Origin: an uncultured Verrucomicrobiota bacterium
Lineage (GTDB): Bacteria; Verrucomicrobiota; Verrucomicrobiia; Limisphaerales; AAA164-E04
Assembly (NCBI GenBank): GCA_964342405.1
Contig: CAYFGX010000013.1
Coordinates: 87,098 to 151,097, forward strand
Length of the DNA: 64,000 bases
Reading direction: 5' to 3'
Below the pieces are notes generated by a model that saw nothing but the letters and a program-made list of their open reading frames with translations, did no database searches and was not told the DNA's origin. Shown piece by piece: positions 1 to 10,055 of the stretch (position 1 is its first letter; the number at the start of each line of letters is the position of its first letter). The translations under genes were made by a program, and so were the position numbers.

Positions 1-106
1 GCAACGAAGAAAAGGCTAGGCTGCCGAGAGAGGCCCCGAGGCCGTAGAGAAAATCTCGTCTCCGCAGTGCTGGGTGGTTGGAAAAATGGGCGCTTGGGAT
101 CGTCAT
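1..106 (-). CDS. DUF1501 family protein, N-terminal fragment running out of the window (Tat signal MTIPSAHFSNHPALRRRDFLYGLGASLGSLAF)
   Basis: Reverse-complement of 1..106 translates from an ATG at 106 into a twin-arginine signal (RRRDFLYGLGA), which is typical of DUF1501 proteins. It lies 21 bp downstream of the PSCyt/DUF1553 gene, the usual pairing. Not listed in the ORF track because it is incomplete. Confidence 0.55.
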   Translation of the reverse strand, partial: MTIPSAHFSNHPALRRRDFLYGLGASLGSLAFSSL

Positions 107-127
107 GTCAGATCGTCGCGTTTGGGG

Positions 128-2989
128 TTAGTAAATGTAGGCAAATTCGTTGCTGTTGAAGAGAACAAGACAGAGCTCGGCTAAGGCACGAGTGCTTGGT
201 GAAATGTCCGCCATTTTAGTGTCCGGCTTGAAGTCTTGGAACACTTCCAAGCGCTCAGTGAATGAGAACTTCTCGCCCGTGTTTTCTTCAACCGCTTCAC
301 GCACGACTTCAACGGGATACTCCGGTTTGGGAATGGAGATTCGATCGTGCCGTTGTTTCATATTGGAAAGATGTGCGAGGCACCGCTTTCTCTCGTCGGA
401 TCGAGGGCTTCGATTGAAAGCAAGCCTGAACGCTGTGTCAATGGCCTCGTCACGTGAATCTGAAAGAGACTCGACTTTAAGCGCGAACGCCACGGCTCGA
501 TCGTAGGCAATCTGGCTGTTGAATAAACTGAAAACCTGTGGCGTGACATTGGATGCATCTCGTGATTCGCAGGAAAGATCAGGGTCGGGCTCGTTGAAGA
601 CCTCCATGAAGGGATCTCGGAGTCCGCGAATTTTCTGCATATAGATGGAGCGACGATGCCGCTGTTCGGGAAGCGGGTTGGGTTGCCAAGCCGTCGCGAA
701 GGTGCCCATGACCATGCGGGGTTGGAGTGCAACCTCGAGGTTGATTTCAGGGCGATTGGGAATGCCTCCCATGCTGCGATTGAGCTCTCCGCTGACAGCT
801 AGCATGCTATCCCGCAATTCTTCTGCTCGCAGTCGCCGAGGAGTGAAGGCAGCGTAACTTTGATTCTCAGGATCAAGCCGTCTGAGCGTTTCGGGGTGAG
901 GATGTTGGGATGAACGACGATAGGTTTCCGAGTTCATGATCAGGCGATGCATACTCTTGAAAGAGCCTCCTGAATCACGAAAAGCGACCGCTAACCAGTC
1001 GAGGAGTTTTGGGTGAGTGGGCTTCTTACCGCTTGCTCCAAGATTGTTGGGATTGCCGGCAATCGCTTGTCCGAAATGCCACTGCCAAATGCGGTTTGCG
1101 ATGGCGCGGTAGGTCAGAGGGTTCTCTGGATGGGTGATCCACTTCGCCAATGCAGTTCGACGCTTTGAGATCGTATCGGGAAACTCGATGTCGGCGAGCG
1201 CGGGAACGAGTTCGTTAAGCACACTCAAAGCTGCCGGCGTGACCCTCTCGCCTTGAGAGAACGCATCGCCTCCTGTGAGAATGTGTCCAGCTTCAAGCTC
1301 ACCTTTCTCCCTCGGTTTGGCTGGCATGCGTTGGGGGGCCGTGTAGCCGTTTCTCTTGGGGGAACGTCCAGAGTAGACTGAGAAGGCGACCGGTTCGTAT
1401 CGATCGAGCTTCCATTTGATGCGACCGATCGTCTTGCGGGCGATTCGTTCGCGGCCGAAATCCTCGACGCTGAAGCCGTGTCGCCGTGGGGGCATTTCAT
1501 CCGGTGACAAACCGGCCTTCTGGGCTTCTCCTCGTGTCTGGTATGGGAGATTGCGCTCATGAAACCATTCTCTGATCGCTTTGGCTGATTTCTCATTCAG
1601 CTGCGTCAGCTCGTGCTCTTTGGCCTTCTTTTGGCGAATGAGGTATTTCCGTTCTTCAAAACCAGAAAGATTCTCGTGAGGGAGAAAGGGAGCCTCTCTC
1701 TCAGACAGTTGCGTTGTGTTGAAGCTTGAGTAGAGACTGTAGTAGTCCCTGGTGGGAATCGGATCGAACTTGTGGTCATGGCACTTGGCACATCGTAGCG
1801 TATGTCCGAGGAAGGATTGCCCGACCGCGTTCACCGCATCATCCAAGAATCGTTGTCGTGCGATTGCCGGTACCTCCATCGAGGTCAACTCCCAGGGGCC
1901 CATGCGCAGAAAACCAACCGCGACGAGATGTTCCGGATTGTCTGGGGCGATCTCATCTCCAGCGATTTGCTCGGAGACAAATTGATTGTAGGGCTTGTCG
2001 TCATTGAATGAGCGAATGACGTAATCACGATAACGCCATGCGTTTCCGCGATCGAAATCATTGGCGAAGCCTGATGTGTCTGCGTAGCGAACGACATCAA
2101 GCCAATGACGTCCCCATTGCTCTCCGTAGTGCGGGCTTGCGAGGAGGCGTTCAACGACGTCTGCGAAGGCTTCTGCCTCCGGGCGCGGATCGTTTAGGAA
2201 GCGATCAACATCCTCGGCTTGGGGCGGCAGTCCGGTGAGATCGTAGCTGGCTCTCTTGATCAAAGTCAGCCGGTCAGCCAAAGGGGCTGCGTCAAGTCCA
2301 CGTGTCGAAAGACGTTGATCGATAAAGGCGTCGATCGGCTGTCGGTTAGGCAAGGGCGCGTCAGGTTTCGTCAAAGCTTGGTAAGCCCACAAGTTTTCTG
2401 GGAGATACTTCCGTTGCGTCCACTCCGCCTTCAACCCGCCACTGGTGGCTACCGAGATTCCCTCCGCAGCGCTCCACCTGTCTTCGGTTGATTCCAGTAG
2501 TTCCTGAACTCGTTCCTCGCTAGGCCAAGGCGCTCCCGCTTCAATCCATTCTCGGAAGCGCGCGACCTTCTCGGGTGACAAGCGCTCACTTTTCTTCGGG
2601 GGCATTTGGAAATCCTCGTCGGTCCATTCAATCGCCGTCAGGAGCGGACTCTCGTCAGGTTTCCCTGGTACGATAGCGACCCCATAGTCTCCGCCCTTGA
2701 GAACTCCATCCAAACTTCGAAGATCGAGGCCTCCTTTCAACTTATCTGGGTCGTCCCCATGACACGCCAGGCATGAAGCCGTGATGGTTGGCCAGATTTG
2801 ATGGGCGAACAATGCATCGGCTTCGGAAGATTTCTCGTTCGTTGCTGCGAAGGAGACGAGTGGGGCAAGAAGATAGCCCAAATGGAAGGGCCTTAGGAAT
2901 CGAAAGATTTTGCCTTGTCGCCCGGATGGTAGACGCTTATTAGGTGAAGGCATAGCAGGGATCGTGACGGGAAGTTGCTTGGAATTCAA
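128..2989 (-). CDS. PSCyt1/PSCyt2/PSD1 protein (Planctomycete cytochrome-c domain + DUF1549 + DUF1553), secreted
   Basis: 953 aa. N-terminal signal, CxxCH heme motif (CLACHGDDPDKLKGGLDL), then DUF1549-like and DUF1553-like regions including the conserved CAKCHDHKFDP motif. Architecture is typical of Planctomycetes/Verrucomicrobia. Confidence 0.85.
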   Translation of the reverse strand: MNSKQLPVTIPAMPSPNKRLPSGRQGKIFRFLRPFHLGYLLAPLVSFAATNEKSSEADALFAHQIWPTITASCLACHGDDPDKLKGGLDLRSLDGVLKGGDYGVAIVPGKPDESPLLTAIEWTDEDFQMPPKKSERLSPEKVARFREWIEAGAPWPSEERVQELLESTEDRWSAAEGISVATSGGLKAEWTQRKYLPENLWAYQALTKPDAPLPNRQPIDAFIDQRLSTRGLDAAPLADRLTLIKRASYDLTGLPPQAEDVDRFLNDPRPEAEAFADVVERLLASPHYGEQWGRHWLDVVRYADTSGFANDFDRGNAWRYRDYVIRSFNDDKPYNQFVSEQIAGDEIAPDNPEHLVAVGFLRMGPWELTSMEVPAIARQRFLDDAVNAVGQSFLGHTLRCAKCHDHKFDPIPTRDYYSLYSSFNTTQLSEREAPFLPHENLSGFEERKYLIRQKKAKEHELTQLNEKSAKAIREWFHERNLPYQTRGEAQKAGLSPDEMPPRRHGFSVEDFGRERIARKTIGRIKWKLDRYEPVAFSVYSGRSPKRNGYTAPQRMPAKPREKGELEAGHILTGGDAFSQGERVTPAALSVLNELVPALADIEFPDTISKRRTALAKWITHPENPLTYRAIANRIWQWHFGQAIAGNPNNLGASGKKPTHPKLLDWLAVAFRDSGGSFKSMHRLIMNSETYRRSSQHPHPETLRRLDPENQSYAAFTPRRLRAEELRDSMLAVSGELNRSMGGIPNRPEINLEVALQPRMVMGTFATAWQPNPLPEQRHRRSIYMQKIRGLRDPFMEVFNEPDPDLSCESRDASNVTPQVFSLFNSQIAYDRAVAFALKVESLSDSRDEAIDTAFRLAFNRSPRSDERKRCLAHLSNMKQRHDRISIPKPEYPVEVVREAVEENTGEKFSFTERLEVFQDFKPDTKMADISPSTRALAELCLVLFNSNEFAYIY

Positions 2990-3073
2990 CGTTCGATTTC
3001 GAGGAGAAGGAACTCATTCGCTCTTTATTGTTTCTTTTGAGTAGAGAGCAAAGAATCGAGTCGGTTGGATATT

Positions 3074-3102
3074 TTGACAGAGAACTCTCCACGGCTTAGT
3101 TT
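3074..3102 (+). promoter_or_regulatory. candidate sigma70 promoter (TTGACA-N17-TAGTTT) immediately upstream of the DUF2071 gene; implies a very short leader
   Basis: TTGACA at 3074-3079, a 17 nt spacer, then TAGTTT at 3097-3102. The ATG at 3117 is about 8 nt beyond the predicted TSS. Confidence 0.25.
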
Positions 3103-3116
3103 CAGATAGTCATTTA

Positions 3117-3848
3117 ATGCACCCTTCACTCCATTTCGCTGCTCATCGACCGTGGCCCATTCCTGATGGACCTTGGGTGATGCGGCAAAATTGGTATGAC
3201 TTGGCCTTTATTCATTGGGAGATACCGATCCATGAATTGAGGTCTTTGATTCCATCTTCGTTGGAAGTCGATTCCTTTGATGGAACGGGGTGGATCGGTC
3301 TGGTCCCTTTTGGGATGCGGGGCGTGACGCCGCGTGGCTTGCCGGCGGTTCCGGCTCTCTCCGATTTTCCGGAGATGAATGTGCGGACGTATGTCGTGCA
3401 AAATGGCAAGCCTGGGGTTTGGTTCTTTAGCCTGGATGTGCCGAATCCTTTGGCGGTCTTGGTGGCTCGCGGCTTGTTTCATCTTCCCTACTTTCTCGCA
3501 CAGATGGATCTTCGTTCGAACGGAGACGAGGTTTGCTATCAGAGTCGATATGATCGGCGGGTGTTCCGAGCCAAGTATCGCCCGGAACCTGAACGACCGA
3601 TTCGGTCTCGGGCCTTTGCTCAGTGGGCAACGGAACGCTACTGTCTTTACGCGACGGACCGAAAAGAAACGCTGTATCGTGGTGAAATTCATCACCGCCC
3701 ATGGCCTCTAATGTCTGCTCGTCTCGAGGTGGATGAGAATTCTTATCTCGACCCGTTTCCAGTTGGCAATCGACAGGACGAAGTACTCTTCTCTCGGTCG
3801 ATTGACGTGGTGGTTTGGCCCTTGAGAAAAGTCGAGCTGTCCAAGTAG
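3117..3848 (+). CDS. DUF2071 domain-containing protein (COG3361-like)
   Basis: 243 aa. Motifs WYDLAFIHWEIP...GWIGLVPF...MNVRTYV...GVWFFSLD resemble the DUF2071 family. Confidence 0.55.
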   Translation: MHPSLHFAAHRPWPIPDGPWVMRQNWYDLAFIHWEIPIHELRSLIPSSLEVDSFDGTGWIGLVPFGMRGVTPRGLPAVPALSDFPEMNVRTYVVQNGKPGVWFFSLDVPNPLAVLVARGLFHLPYFLAQMDLRSNGDEVCYQSRYDRRVFRAKYRPEPERPIRSRAFAQWATERYCLYATDRKETLYRGEIHHRPWPLMSARLEVDENSYLDPFPVGNRQDEVLFSRSIDVVVWPLRKVELSK

Positions 3849-3879
3849 CGTTTTGTCCTGGGGGGCTTTTTGGCGCGCA

Positions 3880-5490
3880 CTAAGGTGCCTTGAAAAGGCC
3901 CAGTCGGGCTGACTCCTCGATGACTTTCATCGTCACGGGGAGGGCAGCCGCTGATCCGTAACCACCGTTTTCGACCACAACGCAGATCACCAGCTGAGGG
4001 AGTTCGAATGGGAAATACCCGGTAAACCATGAATGTGAGGCGCCGTGACGGTTTTCGGCTGTGCCCGTTTTTCCAGCCAAGGCCCAGGGAAGTTTGCTCG
4101 CCTTCTTTGCTGTCCCGTCGGTGACAACTCGACGAAGGATCACTCCAAGCTTGTGGGCGGTTGCTTCGGACATGAAGCGGCCGAGGGTGCGGGGTTCTTG
4201 ATTGTTGAGGAGTCGGGGGAGCGGGGCTGTGCCGTCGTTGGCGACGGCTGCCGTCAGAAGGGCCATCTGGAGAGGAGTGACCGCGAGCTGACCTTGACCA
4301 ATTCCCATCTGGGCCAAGCCATATTGATCGTTCGTCTTCAGTTCGGGAAGTCGGCTGGCGGCCGATTGGATCTGTCCATCTGCACTGTCCACCACGGAAA
4401 TGGATCGATTGAAGGCCATTCGCTTGGCGATCCAACGAAACCCTTGATGTTTGGCTTGCACGCCGAGTTTGGCGAAATACACATTGGAAGATTCGGCAAT
4501 CGCGGTGCCTAGCCCGATCTTTCCGTAGCCCCCCCAAGTTCGACCCTGGCTTTCGCGGTCATAGTAGACGTGATCGCGAATGGGTTTGACGCTGCGAGAC
4601 GTTGCGAAGCCGCGACCGCATTCGATCAAGTCTGGCAGTCCGTGTTCGAGAGCAAAGGCTCCCATCGCGATCTTAAAGGTGGAGCCCGGGGGGTAGAGGC
4701 CGTGGATGGCGCGATTGAGGAGGGGGGCGCGGCGTCCGGCTTCAAGGAAGGTTTGCGGCTTTAGGTCATTGGGATCGAAGGCTGGTCGGCTGCACAAGGT
4801 GTAGAGCGCCCCTGACCGAACACCCATCACCACGACGGCCCCTTTTCGATCGCCCAGAATCTTGTAGGCGGAAGTCTGTAGGCCGGCGTGGAGCGTGAGC
4901 TGGATGTCTTTCCCCGCTGGTGCTTGCTCTTTGGTGAGAATGTTTCGGCCTAGCTGTTCCCAGTCCTCGATGGATTCGGCTCGCGTGCCGGCAAGGGCTC
5001 CATCAAGCGCTTTTTCAATCCCATTGAGGCCATAGACGGGGTGGAAGTAGCCAACGACGTGGGCCGCTTTTTCTGCGAGTGGGTAAACTCTTCGCAGTCC
5101 CTCCGCGCTTTGATCGTTCTCGGCCAAGACGACGTTGTTTCGGTCGAGGATTTTGCCGCGATCCAGTTGCCTAGCGGGGTTAAAGTGGCGTCGATCGTAG
5201 CGTTGCATGAAGCTCACGAATTTGGGGCGGAAAAGCCCCATCAATTGCCAAGTGGCCTGGTAGGCCAGGGCGGCTAGGAAGAGGCTACACAGTCCCCAAT
5301 AGATGAATCCGACGTAGCGGACGGGTGCTTTGGCTTTCTTCTTGGCGGTAAACTCAATTCGCCCCGTCTTGAACACCAGCCAGAGGACGCGAAAGGCAGC
5401 TACGAAAAAGAGCACCTGGAGGCCGAGCAGCAGATTAGACTGTGTTGCGGAGTCCAGGCCCTCGAGCCCGTTTCCTACCAGGTTTTCCAT
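3880..5490 (-). CDS. penicillin-binding protein 2-type peptidoglycan D,D-transpeptidase (class B PBP)
   Basis: 536 aa. N-terminal TM helix. Catalytic motifs STFK (YPPGSTFKIAMGA), SSN (AIAESSNVYFA) and KTGT (AGKTGTAENRHG). Confidence 0.85.
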   Translation of the reverse strand: MENLVGNGLEGLDSATQSNLLLGLQVLFFVAAFRVLWLVFKTGRIEFTAKKKAKAPVRYVGFIYWGLCSLFLAALAYQATWQLMGLFRPKFVSFMQRYDRRHFNPARQLDRGKILDRNNVVLAENDQSAEGLRRVYPLAEKAAHVVGYFHPVYGLNGIEKALDGALAGTRAESIEDWEQLGRNILTKEQAPAGKDIQLTLHAGLQTSAYKILGDRKGAVVVMGVRSGALYTLCSRPAFDPNDLKPQTFLEAGRRAPLLNRAIHGLYPPGSTFKIAMGAFALEHGLPDLIECGRGFATSRSVKPIRDHVYYDRESQGRTWGGYGKIGLGTAIAESSNVYFAKLGVQAKHQGFRWIAKRMAFNRSISVVDSADGQIQSAASRLPELKTNDQYGLAQMGIGQGQLAVTPLQMALLTAAVANDGTAPLPRLLNNQEPRTLGRFMSEATAHKLGVILRRVVTDGTAKKASKLPWALAGKTGTAENRHGASHSWFTGYFPFELPQLVICVVVENGGYGSAAALPVTMKVIEESARLGLFKAP

Positions 5491-5656
5491 TGCTCAAGGC
5501 TTAACAAATCTTCCTGTCGACGGGGAGGAAAAAGCGTGCTGGGAAGGGGCAGTGTGGGGCTGCTCGGCGAGTTGCGAGGGCGTCGGACTGACGGCTTGGT
5601 TCGTGAAATTCGAGTTTGCTTTCAAGCGGTGCTCGCCTGAAAATCGTCCTTTCGCC

Positions 5657-8515
5657 ATGCCTCATCGGTTTCCAATAGGTCGACATGTGCTCTGCTTTCT
5701 TTGGGGAGGCTTGCTTGCTTGGGGTGGGGGCGCTGTGACGGCAAGCGACAATCGCTCAGTTTCTGAATCTTTTTTTGAATCACAGGTGAGACCGTTGCTC
5801 CTGGATCGATGCGTCGACTGTCACAACGGAGAGAAGCGTAAAGGGGGGCTTAGGCTCGATACCAAGGCTGGCTTTTTGGCTGGTGGAGGGAGGGGAGCGC
5901 TCGTCGACCACGAAACTCCGGAAGCGAGTCTGTTGATCCGTGCGGTGAGCAGGACGGAGCAGGATCTGGCCATGCCGCCAGACGACCCGCTCAAGGAACC
6001 AGAGTTTGAGATCCTGAGACGCTGGATCGAAGGTGGAGCTTCTTGGCCAGATGAACCGGACGCTGAACCTGAGCTCAGCCTGGAACAACGAAGAAGGCGG
6101 CATTGGGCGTATCAACCAGTAGAGCGGGGGGAGCTTCCGGCTACAATCCATGACAACTGGGTGCAGGTCCCGGTGGATGCCTTTGTCCTGGAGCGATTGC
6201 AGGATGCTGGCCTGAGTCCATCAAAGCCAGCATCTCGATCGATTCTCTTGCGTCGCGCTTTTATGGCTTTGATCGGTTTACCTCCGACTTTGGCGGAGGT
6301 GCGCGCGTTCGAGACGGACCCGCGTCCGGATGCTTTTGAACGTGTGGTTGAGGGATTATTGTCGCGCCCGGAGTATGGAGAAAAATGGGGGCGGCACTGG
6401 CTTGATCTTGCCCGGTATTCGGATGCAAAAGGCTATGTCGATGCGGGAGAGGTGAAATACCCTTTCGCCTACACCTATCGGGACTATGTTGTCCGCGCTT
6501 TCAATGAAGACCTTCCTTATGATCAGTTCATTCGTGAACAACTCGCTGCGGATCGCCTACCCAATAGGGAGAATTCGGAGAATAGGGACAACGAGGCCCT
6601 GGCGGCCATGGGATTCTTAACCGTTGGCTCGCGTTTCAACTTTTTCCCTCACGAAATTATCGATGACCGAATCGATGTGACGACTCGTGGGTTTCTAGGT
6701 CTCTCGGTGGCTTGCGCCCGGTGTCACGATCACAAGTATGATCCGATCACGGCGAAGGACTATTACACGCTCTATGGCATCTTCGCTGGCTCACGGGAGC
6801 CGACGCTGGAACAAGTTCCGGTGCTGGAGAGCGGGCATCGAGAAGAAGCGGCGGAGCTCACCACGGCGCTCGAGCAAGAAGCGGCTAAATACCACCAACA
6901 TCGGGCCGAACTGCATCAGCGAGTGATGTTCGAGCTCCGGGCTTGGGCCGGGGATTACCTCCACTACATCGTTCAATCAACACCGGAACATCGGACCAAA
7001 CCGCAACCCGAATTGCAGACGGAGCGGGGGCTCGTTCGGGAAGTCTCGGCCTATGCGTCCGGCGGCGTTCGACGGTGGCGAGAGTATTTGGCTTCACGCT
7101 CGGCCGACGATCCTGTCTTCGGTCTGTGGGTGCGCTTGGGACGCTTATCAAGGGAGCAGTTTGCTTCTGAGGCTTCTCGGTTAGTGGAGGCGTTTGCTGC
7201 GGAACCTTTTGCCAACCCTCTTCTAGGTACGGCGTTTAGGGGGCAGACCATTCGTTCGATGGAAGATGTGGCGACCCATTACGCAAGACTACTTGAGGGA
7301 GTGGATTCCGAGTGGCGAAAGTGGCTAGAGCAGAATCCCGGAGACTCGGGGTTTCCGGACCCTGGTCGAGAGGAGCTTCGTGATGCCCTCTACGGTCCAG
7401 AAGCCCCGGGTACGCTAGAAATTGATGAGGCGTTTGACTATTGTACGTTGGATGAGAGCGTGGAACTGAGGAAGCACTTTGCGAACGTAGAAAGGGTTTT
7501 TTTGAAGACCTGGGACGCTTCGCTACCTCGTCCGATGATGATGGTAGATAAGACCAATCAGGTGCCCCAACACGTGTTTTTAAGAGGAGATCCCAAGCGT
7601 CGAGGCCCTGAAGCCCCGATGGAGATTCCCGCCGCGCTCGGTGTGGAAAAAGGCGGTGCTTGGGAGGAAGGCAGCGGACGGCTCGAGCTGGCGGAAGCGA
7701 TTGCGAGTCCCTTGAACCCATTGACGGCTCGCGTCATGGTGAATCGTGTTTGGGCTTGGCATTTTGGCCAGGGATTAGTCGCGTCCTTAAGTGATTTTGG
7801 TGCGCGGAGCGATGGTCCGAGTCACCCAGAGTTGCTCGATTACTTGGCACATGAATGGATGAAGCACGGATGGTCCATTAAGTGGCTCCAACGTCAGATC
7901 GTCCTCTCGGCAACTTGGCAACAGGCAAGCTTGGATCGAGAAGATCAGCGGAGGCGAGATCCGGAGAATCGTCTCTATTGGAAGCAGAATCGACGGAGGC
8001 TTTCCTTTGAGGAAATGCGGGACTCGATGCTGTATGTTTCTGGTGAGCTTGTTCCACGTTTAGGTGGGACACCGGTTCGGCTTTCTCCTGATAGCCCGGA
8101 CAATCGAAATCGAACGCTCTATTCCTTTGTGGATCGTGAGAAGCTTGAGGAAGTGTTTCGGGTGTTTGATTTTCCTAGTCCTGATATTACCGCAGCGCGT
8201 CGTACGTCCACGACGGTGCCCCAACAATCTCTTTTTCTTCTCAATAACCCCTTTGTTATTGAGCAAGCGAAAGCTGTGCTGCGCGAAGCTTTGGGAGGGG
8301 AGGTTCTGTCCGAAGCGGATTCTCAAGAGCTGTTCCGTAGTCTTTTTCAGCTTGTGTATGCACGGAGGCCATCGATCGAGGAGCTGGGTGAGCTGGCTGT
8401 GTTCCTGTCATCTTATGGTGCTGACGAGAAATTGGCGGCCTTGGACGACAAACATCCGATGGTTGTCTTGGCGCAAACATTATTGCTTTCCAACGAGTTT
8501 CTTTTCGTTGATTAA
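5657..8515 (+). CDS. PSCyt1/DUF1549/DUF1553 protein (second copy)
   Basis: The track ORF starts at 5330, but that N-terminus overlaps the PBP gene. The ATG at 5657 (MPHRFPIGRHVLCFLWGGLLAWGGGAVTA) gives a signal peptide followed by CVDCHNGEKRKGGLRLD (CxxCH), DUF1549-like and DUF1553-like regions with CARCHDHKYDP. Confidence 0.85.
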   Translation: MPHRFPIGRHVLCFLWGGLLAWGGGAVTASDNRSVSESFFESQVRPLLLDRCVDCHNGEKRKGGLRLDTKAGFLAGGGRGALVDHETPEASLLIRAVSRTEQDLAMPPDDPLKEPEFEILRRWIEGGASWPDEPDAEPELSLEQRRRRHWAYQPVERGELPATIHDNWVQVPVDAFVLERLQDAGLSPSKPASRSILLRRAFMALIGLPPTLAEVRAFETDPRPDAFERVVEGLLSRPEYGEKWGRHWLDLARYSDAKGYVDAGEVKYPFAYTYRDYVVRAFNEDLPYDQFIREQLAADRLPNRENSENRDNEALAAMGFLTVGSRFNFFPHEIIDDRIDVTTRGFLGLSVACARCHDHKYDPITAKDYYTLYGIFAGSREPTLEQVPVLESGHREEAAELTTALEQEAAKYHQHRAELHQRVMFELRAWAGDYLHYIVQSTPEHRTKPQPELQTERGLVREVSAYASGGVRRWREYLASRSADDPVFGLWVRLGRLSREQFASEASRLVEAFAAEPFANPLLGTAFRGQTIRSMEDVATHYARLLEGVDSEWRKWLEQNPGDSGFPDPGREELRDALYGPEAPGTLEIDEAFDYCTLDESVELRKHFANVERVFLKTWDASLPRPMMMVDKTNQVPQHVFLRGDPKRRGPEAPMEIPAALGVEKGGAWEEGSGRLELAEAIASPLNPLTARVMVNRVWAWHFGQGLVASLSDFGARSDGPSHPELLDYLAHEWMKHGWSIKWLQRQIVLSATWQQASLDREDQRRRDPENRLYWKQNRRRLSFEEMRDSMLYVSGELVPRLGGTPVRLSPDSPDNRNRTLYSFVDREKLEEVFRVFDFPSPDITAARRTSTTVPQQSLFLLNNPFVIEQAKAVLREALGGEVLSEADSQELFRSLFQLVYARRPSIEELGELAVFLSSYGADEKLAALDDKHPMVVLAQTLLLSNEFLFVD

Positions 8516-8525
8516 TTGAACTCTC

Positions 8526-9953
8526 ATGAATGCCAACGAACTGTCGAAGCCCGGCATCTCTCGTCGCGAATGGTTGCAGCGATCGGGCTTAGGCTTGGGG
8601 TGCCTAGGGCTGGGAGGTCTGTTGGCGCGCGAGCTTGAGGCAGGGAGTGCGCGCGCATCCGGGGCGCTGCAAGTGCGGGCTCCGCATTTCACGCCCCGGG
8701 CGAAACGGATCATTCACGTGTTTCTGAATGGGGGCTTGTCTCATGTGGACTCGTTTGATCCGAAGCCTCTGCTGACGCGGTATGACGGGAAACCTCTGCC
8801 TTCCCCCAATCTGATTACCGAACGACCCACGGGGGCCGCATTCGGCTCGCCTTTTGCCTTTAAACAGTATGGCCAGAGTGGATTGCCTATCAGCGAGATC
8901 TTTTCTGAATTGGGCGAACATGCGGACGATCTTTGTGTGATCCGCTCGATGTTTTCCGATGTGCCGAATCACGAGCCTGCGCTGATGTTGATGAACTGCG
9001 GAGACAACACGCTCTCTCGCCCAAGCGTGGGTTCATGGCTCACTTACGGGCTGGGATCTGAGAATCAAAATCTCCCTGGCTTCATCGCGATGTGTCCGGA
9101 AGGGCATCCGGTCAAAGGTCCCGACAATTGGCGATCCTCTTTTCTGCCAGGGATCTACGAAGGGGCTTACGTCGACACGAAACATGAGTCGGTAGAAGAA
9201 CTCATTAAAAACATTCGGCATCCTTCAATGGACGTCGAGACTCAGCGCCGTCAGATGAATTTGTTGCAGGCTCTGAATCGCCGGCACCTGTCAGCTCGTG
9301 GTTATGATCCTGCCCTCGAATCTCGAATTCAAAGTTTCGAACAGGGCTATCGAATGCAAATGGAGGCATCGGACGCATTTGACCTTGAGCAAGAATCTGA
9401 AGGGACTCGGGAGCGATATGGAAAAACCATGCAAGCGCGCCAATTGCTGATTGCGCGGCGACTTGTTGAGCGTGGTGTTCGGTTTGTTCAGGTGTGGCAC
9501 GGGAAATGGCAGCCGTGGGATAATCACGACGAAATCGAGAAGAATCATCGAAAGCTCGCCGGGGAATGTTCGCAGGGGATTGCAGCCCTGCTAGCAGATC
9601 TGAAAGAGCGCGGACTTTGGGAGGATACGTTGGTGGTTTTTGGTGGTGAATTTGGACGCACGCCTACGGTAGAAACCCGCAACGGCGATGCTTCCAAGAT
9701 GGGGCGTGACCATAATCACTACGGCTTCTCCATGTGCCTGGCCGGGGGAGGAATTAAGGGGGGGACTGTCTACGGATCGACAGATGAATTTGGGTTCAAG
9801 GCTACCGAGAATCCGGTGCATATTCACGATCTCCATGCGACCTTACTTCATCTCATGGGCTTAGATCATGAGCGCTTGACCTATCGATACGCGAGCCGGG
9901 ATTTCCGCCTTACGGATGTTCACGGCAAAGTCATCCACTCGATCCTGAGCTAA
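8526..9953 (+). CDS. DUF1501 domain-containing protein (sulfatase-like fold) with Tat signal
   Basis: 475 aa. Begins 10 bp after the DUF1553 gene stop. Tat motif SRREWLQRSGLGLG. Conserved DUF1501 C-terminal region (GGEFGRTP...GRDHN). Confidence 0.85.
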   Translation: MNANELSKPGISRREWLQRSGLGLGCLGLGGLLARELEAGSARASGALQVRAPHFTPRAKRIIHVFLNGGLSHVDSFDPKPLLTRYDGKPLPSPNLITERPTGAAFGSPFAFKQYGQSGLPISEIFSELGEHADDLCVIRSMFSDVPNHEPALMLMNCGDNTLSRPSVGSWLTYGLGSENQNLPGFIAMCPEGHPVKGPDNWRSSFLPGIYEGAYVDTKHESVEELIKNIRHPSMDVETQRRQMNLLQALNRRHLSARGYDPALESRIQSFEQGYRMQMEASDAFDLEQESEGTRERYGKTMQARQLLIARRLVERGVRFVQVWHGKWQPWDNHDEIEKNHRKLAGECSQGIAALLADLKERGLWEDTLVVFGGEFGRTPTVETRNGDASKMGRDHNHYGFSMCLAGGGIKGGTVYGSTDEFGFKATENPVHIHDLHATLLHLMGLDHERLTYRYASRDFRLTDVHGKVIHSILS

Positions 9954-10055
9954 CGAATCGGTTGCTTGAAGATTGCTGCCTTCCGCCGGTGAGTAACTTT
10001 CTGGGTTGAATCGCCAAAGGGTTGAACTTTCGACCGTAGTTGCGATAGTGCCTGA

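Noticed and set aside
3126-4537. Overlapping ORFs 3126..3695(-), 3427..3702(-), 3743..4537(-), 4045..4512(+)
   Set aside because: They overlap the DUF2071 and PBP2 genes, which have clear conserved catalytic motifs. The products are Arg/Pro-rich with no motifs.
5330-5656. 5' extension of the PSCyt gene as given in the ORF track (start 5330)
   Set aside because: The extension overlaps the convergent PBP gene start region and encodes no signal peptide. The ATG at 5657 gives a canonical signal followed by the heme motif.
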